64,000 bases of DNA from Oikopleura dioica (lineage: Eukaryota > Animalia > Chordata). The notes beneath the pieces are model-generated. The model was not told the DNA's origin and did not search any database. It worked only from the letters and a program-made list of their open reading frames with translations. The stretch is taken from NCBI GenBank assembly GCA_907165135.1, contig OU015568.1, forward strand, positions 1,488,001 to 1,552,000, read 5' to 3'. The translations under genes were made by a program, and so were the position numbers. Of this stretch, positions 31,968-44,093 are shown one piece after another. Position 1 is the first letter of the stretch, and every line of letters begins with the position of its first letter.

Positions 31968-33446
31968 TCAATTTATTTTAAAAAGCAAAAACGGAAAGGA
32001 TCAAAAAAGCTGTTAAGAAGAAATTCAATGATCCGGAAGTGTTACCAGCTTCATCGGAAAGAACGATAACTGTCTCTCCATTAACATTTTCTTCTCTTAG
32101 ATTGGCATTTTCGGGAAGTTTTACCTCAACGCTGATATCCTAAAAACACATTAATTTTTTATAAAAGGCGTTAATTTTTTACCGAAATTTCAACGATTTG
32201 TTGTGGCTGAAAAATCGGATTATTCTCATCATCTGCTGACTTTCTTTTTCGGTTCTGATTATTGCTTGACAGCCACTGTTCAAAAAGATATTGGTTTCCT
32301 TCTCCTGTTTCGCATTGAGTTGATCCAAGACAAAAAGTTGTTTCGAAAACTGCACCTCCAACCCCACCTGCATCGCACATTACCAATTCAAACTAAAAAT
32401 GGGAAGAATGGTAAGCCCCTCTTTTTTTGTGAAATCGAACCGTAAAGTGGACGGAGCTGGAACTTTTAAACTTAAATGCTGTCCATTGTATCAACCTTGA
32501 ATCAGGACTCATCCAGTTAAAGCCACTATCAAAAGGAGACAGGAGACATCCATCGCTAGCGATTTGTACTGTCTTTTCTCCGGGGACGGGACTAATAAAT
32601 ATGTGTATTTTCTAGCGAGGAAAGAACTTACCCAAGCCAAACATTTTCGATTCGAAAGCTCATCGAGCCGAGAGAAGGGTAATACGAATCCCAGTAAAAA
32701 TCATAAGTATCTCCAACTTGCAAATCATCGAGAGACAACGAACCCTCTAAATCATTCGAACAAAACTGCTCCCCGCTTTCATCCTTAGTCAGACACTCGA
32801 CGGGATTTGGAATAATTGAGCTGTCCAAAGTAAGAGTGTCGTTGACCTTCAACTTGTCGGCATCATAAAGTTGCTGAAAAACATGGCTATCAATTTTTCT
32901 CATAAAATTAAAATGCAAAAACCGCTGATTCTTCCAAATCCGTGACGCCTCTGAATTCGCACTTGTAGTTGAAATCAAAGAGCGTTTCAATATCAGCATT
33001 TCCCTAACTAAAAATTGAACAACGAACTTAGGTTCATTCAAATACTAACGATTAATGTTTCAATAATATGACCATCGAGATTGAAGTCAATGATCGTTTT
33101 GTTCGTAGGATCGGGATAGTTAGCTACCACATCGCATTGATCAAAATTTACTGAAATGTAATTTCGTTCTCCTGAGAAAGTCAAAAATATAGTTACTTTC
33201 AATCGTATTTGCTCCCTGCGAAGCAACATTGAGTTCGCAAGCCGCTGCTCCTGAGCTGCCAAAAATAATGTTTTCATTCCAAGCATTTCCTCTGTTCCAG
33301 TGGTAGTTGAAGCAGGTCTGGTTAATCGTGATCAGAAAACTGTACTCAGAGCAATCGATCGCCGCGAAATTTGCTTTATCGCAAATACTAAGTGCAGAAG
33401 AAACAAAGCAGATGATAATCCCGACCTTGTGTTTATATTTTTGCAT
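31968..33446 (-). CDS. ZP-domain protein with furin site and GPI-like tail
   Basis: Hydrophobic N-terminus (GIIICFVSSALS), IDCSEYSFLITINQTC and FDQCDVV ZP-N-like pattern, TFCLGSTQC followed by RKRKS, C-terminal SGSLNFFLTAFLILSVFAFKIN*. Confidence 0.65.
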
Positions 33447-33854
33447 TCTCTGAATTCAAATATCAAGTTTACCTTCATCTCTATTTATCGTGCATTTGGT
33501 TCTTCTAACTTCACAAAATCGCGTCCCATAAAATAAAACTCGTAATAATTATCAAAGTCATGAGAAAACTTCTTGATTGAAGTTCAAGTTCTTTTCGCAA
33601 ATCATCGCGTTATTATTGAAGAAAGAGATGGATGATAATTTGATAAAAATAATTATTCTGAATTATATCATCTTTATATAATAAAAACGCGTCAGTAATA
33701 AAGCGTTTTCATTTATTTTACGGAAATTATTTTATATAAAAATTCCAGAAACACTTTTCCAGTGCATCTATTTTTTCTTTAAAAGCAGAACAATCATCGC
33801 AATTATTAAACCATATATTTATCTAATAATTATAACTGATAATAAAGGAAAACG

Positions 33855-34082
33855 ATGAAAATTTTCAATTTGCTCGCCTCAACAATCGCTGCCCTCGACT
33901 CTCGACATCTGATGACTCGAGGTTCAAAAGCTAAGCGAACTCAAACTCCTGTTGTCAAATACACAGGACACTACTCTTCCCAGCTCCTTCAATTCAAGAC
34001 CTTCATGGAGTCGAGTCCTTTCAAAGCGCAATTCGATCTTTATTTCGACCCTCAAAAACTCAATCCCTTTCAATGGAAATGA
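33855..34082 (+). CDS. 75-aa single-exon secreted peptide precursor candidate
   Basis: MKIFNLLASTIAA signal-like start, KAKR dibasic site, coding-like codon use, AATAAA shortly downstream. Confidence 0.55.
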   Translation: MKIFNLLASTIAALDSRHLMTRGSKAKRTQTPVVKYTGHYSSQLLQFKTFMESSPFKAQFDLYFDPQKLNPFQWK

Positions 34083-34293
34083 TTCTTGACACTTGTCTTT
34101 TCCTTCTGAAGAAATAAAAACTGCATTATCCTCTGAAAAAAATCAAATAAAAAGAACCTTAATGAACTCTTTGCCGAGCTAAATCCGGTCGTGACGCGAA
34201 ATCGGAAGGTTTCCAATGTTCGTGGATGTTTTGAATCTGACACGAGCGTAATTATTCTTCCGCAGTCCTCATTCCGTATTCTAATCCTCGATC

Positions 34294-37200
34294 TCAGCGC
34301 TTAGAAAAATTACTGCGAGATAAAACCAGCTCCAAAAGTGATAGCGATAAGAATGTAATCGTGGTCTTTTAAACGCTGCCCTGTGGTTTTCTATCGATCG
34401 ACTTTTGCTTTTTAGACATGTATTTTTTTATTTGAAATACGAACTGCAAAAAAAGTGGCATCTTGAACTTTGGTCATTGAAAGTCATTTTCGTTGGGATC
34501 TAAAAGGATCCACGGCGGGTGCCCTTTCTTTAAATTGTCGTTGAACTTCTTGCTGTAATTGAATCTTACCGGTAGGCATTCTTGAGATCAGAGACGATTC
34601 CGATGACGGTTTGGAGCTGGACTACGTAATTTTTATTCAACTCTAGAATTCAATTAAGAAGATTTTCAAAAGAAGTATCCAACCGAGGAGCTCATATCGG
34701 AGACTACTGATGTCCTGCTTGATCTCTTGAATTTCTCCTTCGTTGATTCCTTCTGATTCCTTTTCCACTTGAGCTTTGATGACGTAACGTTTTACCAGAC
34801 GGCGGGAAATATCCTTTTAAGACGATTTTATGCGAAAAATTGTGACGGAAAGCTCTTACCGCGTAGCTAGACTCGACAATACAGTGATCCACTGAATTTT
34901 TCTGCGGCTTTCTTAATTTTTTGATAATTTTTTTTTGTTGAAAACTTCTACCTTGTTCCAGCTCCAGATCTTGGTCGGCCAGTTTTAGTCACAACACCTG
35001 CCGAGTCCGGATTTCCTTTGAGACACGTTTTGACTGTCTCCAAAACACAGTCGACTACTGATCGGACGAAATTTGGCGACGGAAGAAGATTGAAAGGAGG
35101 GGGATTCACTAGGAGAGGAATTATATAAATAATGATAATAAGCAAACCGGAGCCAGGGCCGAAATATGATAGCATCAATTTTGATCGGGCGAATTTCCAC
35201 TCGACATCGGAGTCACAGTCGATTCGATTGTATGAATTATTTATCATCGCTAGGAAAAATGTAACACAATCGTTTTCACCGTTCTATGTCACCAATTAGC
35301 ATGTTCAACATGATGACCACAGTAATGAGACTGTAAGCGCCGTAGAGAAGGTATCCGATGATGCGGGAGAGGGGGTACTGGGCGAGTTCGACTCCTCGAT
35401 AATCTGATAGGCCGAAAAGGGACCAAAAGAGGGTGATGAAGGTTTGCTCGATTGTGGTGAAATTTTTTCTTATTAAGATTATCATTTCATAAATTACCAT
35501 GGACAAGTATTTTACTATGGACAAGTTTTAAGCCTAAATAAAGGTCAGATTATTCTTCTCAGCTCACCTTTGTAAAAATAAAATAAAGTACATACACACA
35601 AAAAATAGTCAGAAATTATGGTTTCTGAAATCATTCCTGTAAGTAAGACCATTTTCGAAATAACTGTAAAGCGCGTGTAGTCCAAACATGAAGCTTGCAA
35701 AAATCATGGCGAAGAGAACTGCCCATTTGTAAATATCAACCACGGTTCTGCCGAGAGAGATCTGAAGAGGACCGAAATGCTCGTTGACTGGGAGGATGTA
35801 GGAAATTCGGGCGAAGGAGAAGACGATTGCGATGGCGTAGAGGCTTTCGGAAATTAGCTTTTTGATGCTTTTTATCTATTTTAGTTACATGATAATCCTG
35901 ACATACCATATGACTCTACTTCGTATTTGGTAGCGGAGATTATCAGATTAATAAAAATAAATATTCTATAAGGGAATAGATCTTTATGGTGTTCAAAAAA
36001 AAATCTCAAATAAAAATCTGAGCATTTTCCTGAGGGTCGTACTGATCCCAATACAATCGTTCCGCCCATTGATAAGAGTAATAAGCTTGCTCAGGCGTTA
36101 CATTAAAGAGTTTTTTCCCATCACTAGTGTAGTTGTAAGCTTCGTATCCCCTAACCCCGCAGCTAATGTTGAACTTTGTAGAATTCATGTTGAAATGCTC
36201 TCCTTGCTGGTCCCACCAATCGTAGTTTCTCGAGACATTTCGGTAGCTGACGATTTTCAGAGAGAAACTGGTGATGAAAGTTGACAGCATGACGAAATCG
36301 AGGATATTCCAGAGCTGGCAGCAGTAATCTCTTGGTCCTTGCTCCCAGAGCTCTTTCACTTCGTTCAAAAGTCGGCCAAAGATATACAGCATGAGGGTGT
36401 ACTCGATCCAATTGAGCTTGTTGTATCTTCCGTAAGGAAGGGTCTGATGAGGGATGAACCAATTATTCGGCTCGACATCCACCCATTCAAATCTGTCAAT
36501 CGACGACGTTACAAGCAAAAGGAGGAAAAGAACGAAGCTGACGGCGTGGTTGACGAATTTTACATATGGACTGGCGACGAAAGCGCCCAATCGCGACTTT
36601 GGCATGAACCAGTGGACGACGGAAGTCAAGGGCATGCATAGCGCTAGCAAAAGAATCGCGAAGACCTTAACCCAGATCCCCGCCTGGCCAAGATGGCAGC
36701 TGTTGTCGAACCATTGAGTCAAAAGCTCGTGCTGGCAGTTCGGGTGGGCGACAAACTTTTTCACTTGATATCGAATTGCGAGCTTGAGAGTGTCCAAACC
36801 AGGTTGAGACGGATGGCAATTATCGCGAGATTCTTCTTCGAGATTGTGATTGTTCAAGATTGCGGAGACTTCGGAGTGATTCCAGCAGAGATCGAGAAGG
36901 CTGACGGAAAAGTCTTTGCATTGGTTGGAGAGCTTTTGGTACTCGTTCTTGAATTCCTTCTCGATTTCAGCTAGGTTTGCGAGCTCGTTTGACAGATAAA
37001 GGGCTGACATCATAGGATCGGGTGAGGAGAGAGCCAGGTAAGCTGGCGAGGCGAGTCCTTTGTATGCATTGATTCTGAAAAGAAGGCTCATAGTTGAAGA
37101 CAAATGATCAAATAAATTCCGATTACTGCTGATATTCCAATACCTGGTGTTAATGCTTTGATATCAAACTTCAGTTATTGAATGAAATCTATAAATTTTC

Positions 37201-38355
37201 ATAGCGATAAAGCAACATTACAGTGTTTGTTCGAGCATTATTATTGTCTAGAAATCCGGGTGGCGGGCGGCACAGTTCTGCAAGAACCAGGTTCTGTAAA
37301 TGCAGAACCTGGTTCTGTAGTAAGTTTTTCAAATTGATGTTATTTGACTTTCCTCAGTGTCAGCAGTGCTGACTCAGCACATTAAACAAGGCTTGCATGA
37401 CTGTTCTGACTTGTAATAATCTTGAAGTTTCTTCAAGACAGGCGCGGAGCGCACAAAAACTCTGACTGCAGAACCAGGATCGGCATTGACAGAACCGGGC
37501 CGCCCTACACCCAGAAATCCTGGTATCGCGGTACCAAAATAGACGTACCTTGACAATGAATGACTAAAACTGTCGACACATCGACTTCTAGAGCAATCCT
37601 CGCATTGGCAATGATAATTATGTGGTCGTTCAATTCTCGCTCCTCTAATAAGCAGCTGGTGCACAATCTCATATTCTTGACATTGCGAAGCCAGAATTAT
37701 CGGTGTAATATCCGGCGAGAAACGAGTCTCCGCCCCGTCGTAAGTATAGAAGTCGGAATCAAGTGATCGCCTGCGCTGCTCAGCTGGGGAGATGGTTAGA
37801 CGGTCTTCTACTTTGAAATCGTCGTGGGAAAGGATGGCTTCTACAATTCGATCGTAACCCTTGGAAATAGAGAGCATCAGGGCGTCGCCGATTCGCTTGA
37901 TTTTTGGCTGAGCGAGGAGCATTTCTACCACTTCCAAGTGTTCATTTCCCGTTGCAAGCTGAGAAAATAACTGGGAAAAGAAGAAAAAGGAGTTGGAAAT
38001 ACCTGAAGAGCATTTTGGCCGATGAAATCGGTGCAGTTGACGTCCAACTCAGGGCATTCAGCCAACATTCTTCGGACAGTTGGGATGTTTCCATACTCAG
38101 CCGCTAGAAAAAGATGATTTATGAGAGCCATAATTCATAGGTAAAATTTTTATGTATGGTCTTTTTTAATTTGGATTCTTCGGAACTCAGTAAATAGTTG
38201 CTATATTTGTTATTAGGCCGTAATTAATACAAGAATTAAATAATTTTACCTTCCAGAAATCGAAGCTCAATTTCATTCTGATTAGCCGCATTCTTGCCAA
38301 ATATAAACGCCGGTCCTCTATTATTCTTCGCTCCATTTCGTCGCCTGTCTCTCAT
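34294..38355 (-). CDS. TRPC: TRPC3/6/7-like transient receptor potential channel (termini approximate)
   Basis: [21 protein letters not shown], ankyrin repeats, TRP_2 Zn motif [72 protein letters not shown] (TRP box), [14 protein letters not shown]. Confidence 0.95.
37258..37512. mobile_element. 255-bp MITE inside a TRPC intron, ~55-bp imperfect TIRs, 8-bp target duplication
   Basis: Ends GGGTG...CACCC. AGAAATCC lies directly outside both ends (37250-37257, 37513-37520). GGTTCTGTAAATGCAGAACCTGGTTCTG is mirrored at the right end. Confidence 0.8.
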
Positions 38356-39310
38356 CGAGCGCAAAGACACGCTTTTTGGGAATCGGTCGAAGTCCGTCTC
38401 TACTTTTATCCCGATAAAAAATAGCTATGATCTCATATGTATACAGGAATATATTTTTATATCTGCCTGTATTGGCGTAGTTTGAGTAAACGCCCTCTGG
38501 GTCTGATAACGGATAAGAAAGGTTCAAAAATCGACGTTTCTGGGTGGGATCGACCCTAGAAGCTACTCTACCTTTTACAAGAGGCTTTTTTCAAGGTTTT
38601 TATCGGTCTAAAAATTCGAGGAAAAATCGCTTTTGAACAAAAACCTTGAGCATAACAGTCTCTAACAGATCTTGTATGACTGCGCGGTCGCAGTAGCTCG
38701 AGTTTGAGATCAGTAATGCTGGTCAGATGGTGATAATATGCATCATTAATGATACTATGCTCAGATTGAAAAAGAAAATACTAATGGATTGGGCGGACCC
38801 GAAGTTCAGAACTGCCACAATAAAATTAAGGGTGTGTCTTAGCTAAATTTTCCAAAAAAAATAAGGTAATATTTGTCACCAGTTCTTCAATGCATCTTTT
38901 CTTGGCATTTTTCTTTGCCCTAATTGAGTTCTAAAAGTTAAGGCTCTCATTCCTCTATTTATATCTCGAATACCTTGAGCGAATTTACATATTGCATTCT
39001 TCTTCGCTCGAAGAAAACCAGCTTGTACTCGCTTTTTTGTTCAGAACGTGTCTACCAAGAACACAATTTAGCAAGGTTTATTCAGCAATAAAAAAGGCTA
39101 TTACCATTTTATTTTTTTCATGTTGACGGGTGGGACATGCTCTTGTCAGGATAAAAATGGATATCTGTCCCATTGAGGGAGTACAGTCCGGAGCCTGGGA
39201 AAATCATATGAGCGGATTACTTTTTCATGAGATAAAAAGTTCGGTTCTTTCAGTCAGAGTCATTTTGACCCTTTGGTGAACTTTTCTTTTCACATTGAAA
39301 TTCGCAAAGA

Positions 39311-39440
39311 GGGGTTATCTTTCGAGCAGATTTCTCTAGAATTTGGACTTGTGTTCAAGGGTTAGGGATTCGTCACTCTTAACTTGGTTCTGTGGCGGCC
39401 CCCTTATTTGGGCCTAAGGGGGGGGGGGGTCCCTGAGGTG
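39311..39440. mobile_element. Partial, reverse-oriented family A MITE
   Basis: GGGGTTATCTTTCGAGC...TCTCTAGAA...AGGGTTAGGG...GGGGGGGTCC aligns with the reverse complement of the 60972-61157 copy. Second TIR not found. Confidence 0.5.
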
Positions 39441-40349
39441 GACATTTTCTCAATAATCCTTTAATCATCTTGACCGATTCCCTTTTAGGATCATCCAAAT
39501 TCGTCCAATCTCCAAGGTTCTTCTGGTCATTTCCAAGCAAAAGCGGATCTGAAAACGTATCATAAAGAAGTTCTTTTGAAAAAAGCCGATTTTTCGATTC
39601 CCCCCGTGAAAATGGAATGCCCTGCATTCTTCCTTGTTTGTTTCTATTTTTTTCTCTTTATTTTGGTAATAAAGAAATGCTTTTTGGGAATGGAGACATG
39701 GTTTTAGGATATCTTGAATAGTTGAGCAGCTCGATTGAAGCATTATAAACATGTTGATGGGGGTGCCTAACGAGCTAGTCGGGGATAAGAGCGAAATCTA
39801 ATTATTCAACTGAACATCAATATTCAGTCTTTATAGTTAAGTTGATCGGCTTTTTCTATTGATTGATTTCAATACATATGATTGTTGGAAAAGGAATCTA
39901 CAGACCAGTCTTAGAATAAGGACATCTTCCATCAGAAATTCGGCGATCTGATTGGTCAAAATCAAAGTTTTTCAAATGGCAAATCAGATCTAATAGGTAT
40001 CAATATTGGCCAATAAGATTGATCCATTTAACATCGAGGCCAAAAATCTTAAATATTATTGGCTTTATAAAAAATTCAGAAAATTATTTTCTTTAAAATA
40101 TATGAATTACCTCCGAGAAGCCTAAAAAGATTTTTCCGCCGACAACTTTGGTCAAAACTGTCGCCAAAAATCGAGTACGATCTTTCTCTCGTCGCCATTT
40201 TTTCTACTCGTCAGAGCAAAAGAATTAAGTTTTGCAAGGTTTTGCTCTTGCAATTAAAAATGCAGAAATAGGATTAAAGTTTATCCACGTGACTTTGCCT
40301 CCTGAGCCGTTTAACTGGGTGGCAATATGTTCACGTAATACGTTTTCTA

Positions 40350-40560
40350 TTATTCAGGCACTGCACTTAGTGGCCTTTTGATTTGATCAGTTTTTTTGTT
40401 CACTGACTTACTTTTTAGATACATTTGGCTAGGAGAAATGGGGCGACATTCGCTCATCCTCCCAGCGTAATCAGAATCAGGTGTGGCAGCTCTAGAATAT
40501 GGCTCGGCAGCTCCCAAGCGAGTGTATAATGAGGGAGGGCGGCTTTGAAAGCGGCAACTC
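40350..40560 (-). CDS. Possible terminal exon or short ORF of unknown function
   Basis: Open frame MSCRFQSRPPSLYTRLGAAEPYSRAATPDSDYAGRMSECRPISPSQ...SAVPE* in a locally GC-richer patch. Confidence 0.25.
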
Positions 40561-40595
40561 ATTGAATTCGAAAATTGGTATTTCTCAAATTTTGT

Positions 40596-40756
40596 TTGGT
40601 CAAGTTTTTTTTGGTCAATTTCTTCTTGGTCAATTTTTTTCATTTTTTGGTCAATTTTTTGTCAATTTTCTTTGGTCATTCTTTTGTTGTCGGCTTGGAT
40701 GGAAAAAAATGAAATACCTACATTTGACCAAAATTAAGCTAAAATTTTAGACCAAA
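40596..40756. repeat. TTGGTCAA tandem cluster followed by inverted TTGACCAA-like copies
   Basis: About six T-rich units ending (G)GTCA(A) at 40596-40678, then TTGACCAA and TAGACCAA at about 40724 and 40749. Confidence 0.55.
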
Positions 40757-42258
40757 AAAGCAGAATTCTTCAAATTTTCCTTGTATAAGACCGAAAAGAA
40801 TCAGTAGTTCGAATCTTTATCTCCGGCGTATTCATCGGCGTAAATTTCATTTTATTACTTCTTTTCTCATTTCGGATAATTTTCTGTAGCGAAATTCTCA
40901 TTTTCTTTCTTTTGTTTTTGTAAAAGTCGATGGCTTTATAAAATTGACAAAACTACCATTTTTGAAGAAAATATCGTCATTTCAAAATCATCTTAAAAAA
41001 TGGACACTGAGAAAATTAATTATGAAAAAACCACTGTGATTTGTGATTTATCCGTGTCTGTTCGGACATGTCGATGAGATTCATAATGATCATCCCTTTT
41101 TTCCCGGCGCATTCGTTTTTTCTCTCTTTTTACATCATCCTCGCCGCGGCAAATATATTGGAAATGATCTAAATGGAGTCGTTTTCGACAAAAAAAAAAC
41201 TAAGATGGCATTAACTACGTATAGGAAAGCGTAATGAAGATGAAAAAGCGACGCGATCTACTGTCACTGTCGCCTAATGATCCAGTATATACACTGTTGG
41301 GCACAGATCGAAATCGATACGGGAAATACGTTCATCCAAAAAGATGATCGCTAAGCAATATAAAGTGGATCATTAACATTTCTCTTCATTTTCTTTCTTT
41401 CAAAGATACCCCTTGGTAAGGCTTTGGGTTCGGGGGCTTTTTGAGTAAAATTCTCTTTTGGCGTTTCTGACTGTATATGCAAAAAAGAAGGGCTCATCTG
41501 CTCGTACTTGGGAGATAATGCGATTTGCATCTCATCATGTTATTTCGATTTTATCTGATCTAATTAGATCTAATCTCATTTTCCCCGCGACTACTGTTTT
41601 TTAGGTCTCCTCCATGTCTCCAAAAACAAAGAAAAAAACCATAAAAGCTGACTTCATTTTCGCATCTGGACTCTTTTTTCAGAAAATAAAACTTGGTTAC
41701 TTAAAGAAATTCTCTATGAAACATAAAGTAATTTGGCCAATTTTTTTTGCTTTAGCACTTACCAAGAGTTATCATCGCTAGCATTTCCGAAATCGAGGCT
41801 CTCTTCTCCTTTACTGTCGACATTCCGGGAATCTTCAAACTCGTCATCGGTAGATTCTTCGACTTTCTCTTCTTTATTTTCAACCCCGAGGGTCGTAACA
41901 TGACATTTGCGTGAATCTAAATGGCAATTTATTCTGACAAAACTTAAATAAGTTTGAAATATACTTTATTCTCTTTGACCATCTCTATTCTGAATTCTAC
42001 TCGACAAAAAACGATTTTGTTCTAAAATGAGAAATATTTTTTCAAGCCGCCGCTAATGGATTCTATCGAGCCGATAAAGCTGCATTTGATTACCAAGGGA
42101 TCAATGCTAAATTATAATCATGCTCGGGTAAAATCGACGGTGCCTACGTACCGATCAATTATTGAAAATTGAGGTTAATTACATTCATTACTATATTGTT
42201 TTTTAAATACCTGCTTCCGAAACTCAAATTGTTTAAAATTCTTTACCGAAAGGTCGTG

Positions 42259-42459
42259 GCGCCGTGGGAAAATCGCCGAATGTCGCCGAATGTCGCCAAA
42301 TGTCGTCTAATGTTGCCGAATCTCGCCGAATGTCGCCAAATGTCGCCGAATGTCGCTGAATTTTGCTGAATGTCATCGAAAATAAGGGGCGAAATTCGGC
42401 GACATTCAGCGACATTCGCTGACATTCGGCGACACTCGGCGACTTTCCCAGTGTCGCCC
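42259..42459. mobile_element. Foldback-type element built from a 10-bp repeat (TCGCCGAATG)
   Basis: About 10 tandem copies on the left arm and about 5 inverted copies on the right. Termini TGGGAAAATCGCCGA and TCGGCGACTTTCCCA. Confidence 0.8.
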
Positions 42460-43146
42460 AAAAACTCAAAATCGAGCTTACTAAAAACTTTACGTCCTAG
42501 AGTCTAGGAGAATCTTTGAATCCACGCACAGAGCAGATTGCTCAATATCAACTTTCCTATTGCAATTTAGAATTTGCGTACACACTTATTACCAATTACA
42601 ATTTGCAAGATTGCGCCGTCGATGGGCGTATGTTCCTGTTACTCAGAACGGCTTCATGTTTTTGAACATGAAGAGCGTTTTTAAGACCTTTCTTTTTTCT
42701 TATATGCTGTTTTGTCTAGCCGCCAGCCAGAGACTTCCGAATCGTAAGATCGATAAAGATTTTTGTTTTAAAAATTTCATAGAGCAAATTCGACCGTCGA
42801 GCATCTTCTTGATGCGACATGGAGTCCCGACTGATTCGATTTTCTCCAAGTTATGGCTATTCATGAAATTTTGTATCTTAGTCGCCGTTTTTCGGAATAG
42901 TCATTTCTAGTTTCAGAGATCCTTGGGCTCTAGCCGGAGGCATTCGTTTGGTAATCGAAATTTGATGAATCATCAACGACAAATGATCCTCATGTACACC
43001 CATCCAGAGTACTTCATCGAGTAGGATTCTGGATTTTGGATTGGCAGCATCCCAAAAAGAAGATTTTTCATTGGTTTTCACTTTGCTTTAGAGATAATTT
43101 TCAATACAGTCCATTTCTTAAGTTTATTGAAGTAAAATGCAAGCAG

Positions 43147-43611
43147 TTAAACTAGAGAGCCTTCAACACTGTAATTGCAGCGAGCTCCAAAAAACTCAGG
43201 AGTGCAAGTGCAGTAGAAAGTCTCATCGGAGTTTATATTCAGATAACATTTTCCACCATTCTCGCATGGGCTTTTTGTGCATGGCGTTATCTCGCAAAAC
43301 TTTCCACTAAAGCCGGGGAGACAGGAACATCTAGGCGGCATCAGTCTCATTTGAGTTTCCGTGACAGGGGTCGACATTTGGAATGAGCGATTATAACCTC
43401 TTTTTGGATCGACGGATGTGAAAACACAGCGACCTGAATTTTCACAAGCTCGAGTTGCACAAGATTCATTTGCTGAGTGAGCAAAAATCAGGTAAAAAGT
43501 GGAAAAAAGAATAAATAAAAAAATAAGCGCCGCAATTGCTATTTTTTCTCTTGAAGGGAAATTTCGACTCGAGGAGGTAAGACTTTCTTCTTCGATGTCA
43601 AAAGCTTTCAT
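43147..43611 (-). CDS. Type II membrane protein with two EGF-like domains
   Basis: TM segment IAIAALIFLFILFSTFYLIFA, then CATRACENSGRC...CSCLPGFSGKFCE and PCTKSPCENGGKC...CTCTPEFFGARC. May splice further 3'. Confidence 0.8.
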   Translation of the reverse strand: MKAFDIEEESLTSSSRNFPSREKIAIAALIFLFILFSTFYLIFAHSANESCATRACENSGRCVFTSVDPKRGYNRSFQMSTPVTETQMRLMPPRCSCLPGFSGKFCEITPCTKSPCENGGKCYLNINSDETFYCTCTPEFFGARCNYSVEGSLV

Positions 43612-43873
43612 ATTTTCAAAAAGGAGTAATGAAGACTTAAATACTTTATAACTAGCTTTTCTTCTCTGAAAGCAATTCGAGATCTACTTAGTAGCTTGAA
43701 CCATTGAGTTGGAACAATCCTCACAAATTACCTTCTCCTATCTTGATAGTATCGAAGGCTCTTTTTTGATTGATGAGTTTATTTAAAGTTATTTGAAAGA
43801 CAAGACAACAGAATCAAAAGTGGACCTCCTCTTTTCTATCATGATCAATGGTAGGCATGCACGACTCTACTTT

Positions 43874-44093
43874 TCAGTAAACTCTCGCGTATCCTTCCGG
43901 TCGCTTTTCGCCGTCTTCTTCGATTTTGTTGGGCCACTTGAAAAATCTCTTCGCGAATTCTTCCTCGTAGGGGTTCATTTCGTATTGCCGTTTGACGAAG
44001 CTTAAAGTGTTAGAATTCTAGAGTTGTAAAGAAAACTTACTCGAAGGATGTTAGAGCACTGGAAGCAGCAACAAAAAGGGATAAAAGTTTCAT
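43874..44093 (-). CDS. 59-aa neuropeptide/prohormone-like precursor
   Basis: join(44041-44093,43874-44000) across a 40-nt GTAAGT..TAAG intron gives MKTFIPFVAASSALTSFDFVKRQYEMNPYEEEFAKRFFKWPNKIEEDGEKRPEGYARVY*. Confidence 0.7.

Noticed and set aside
38395-38527. Extra 5' TRPC exon joined through a GC or GA donor
   Set aside because: The ATG at 38355 already matches the TRPC3-like N-terminus, and the upstream junction has no homology support.
38661-38670. TCTAACAG resembling the end of the Oikopleura SL exon
   Set aside because: The rest of the leader and the following GT donor are absent.
42233-42469. ORFs and CRISPR-like periodicity in the 10-bp repeat
   Set aside because: There are no unique spacers or cas genes, the context is eukaryotic, and the ORFs are repeat artefacts.
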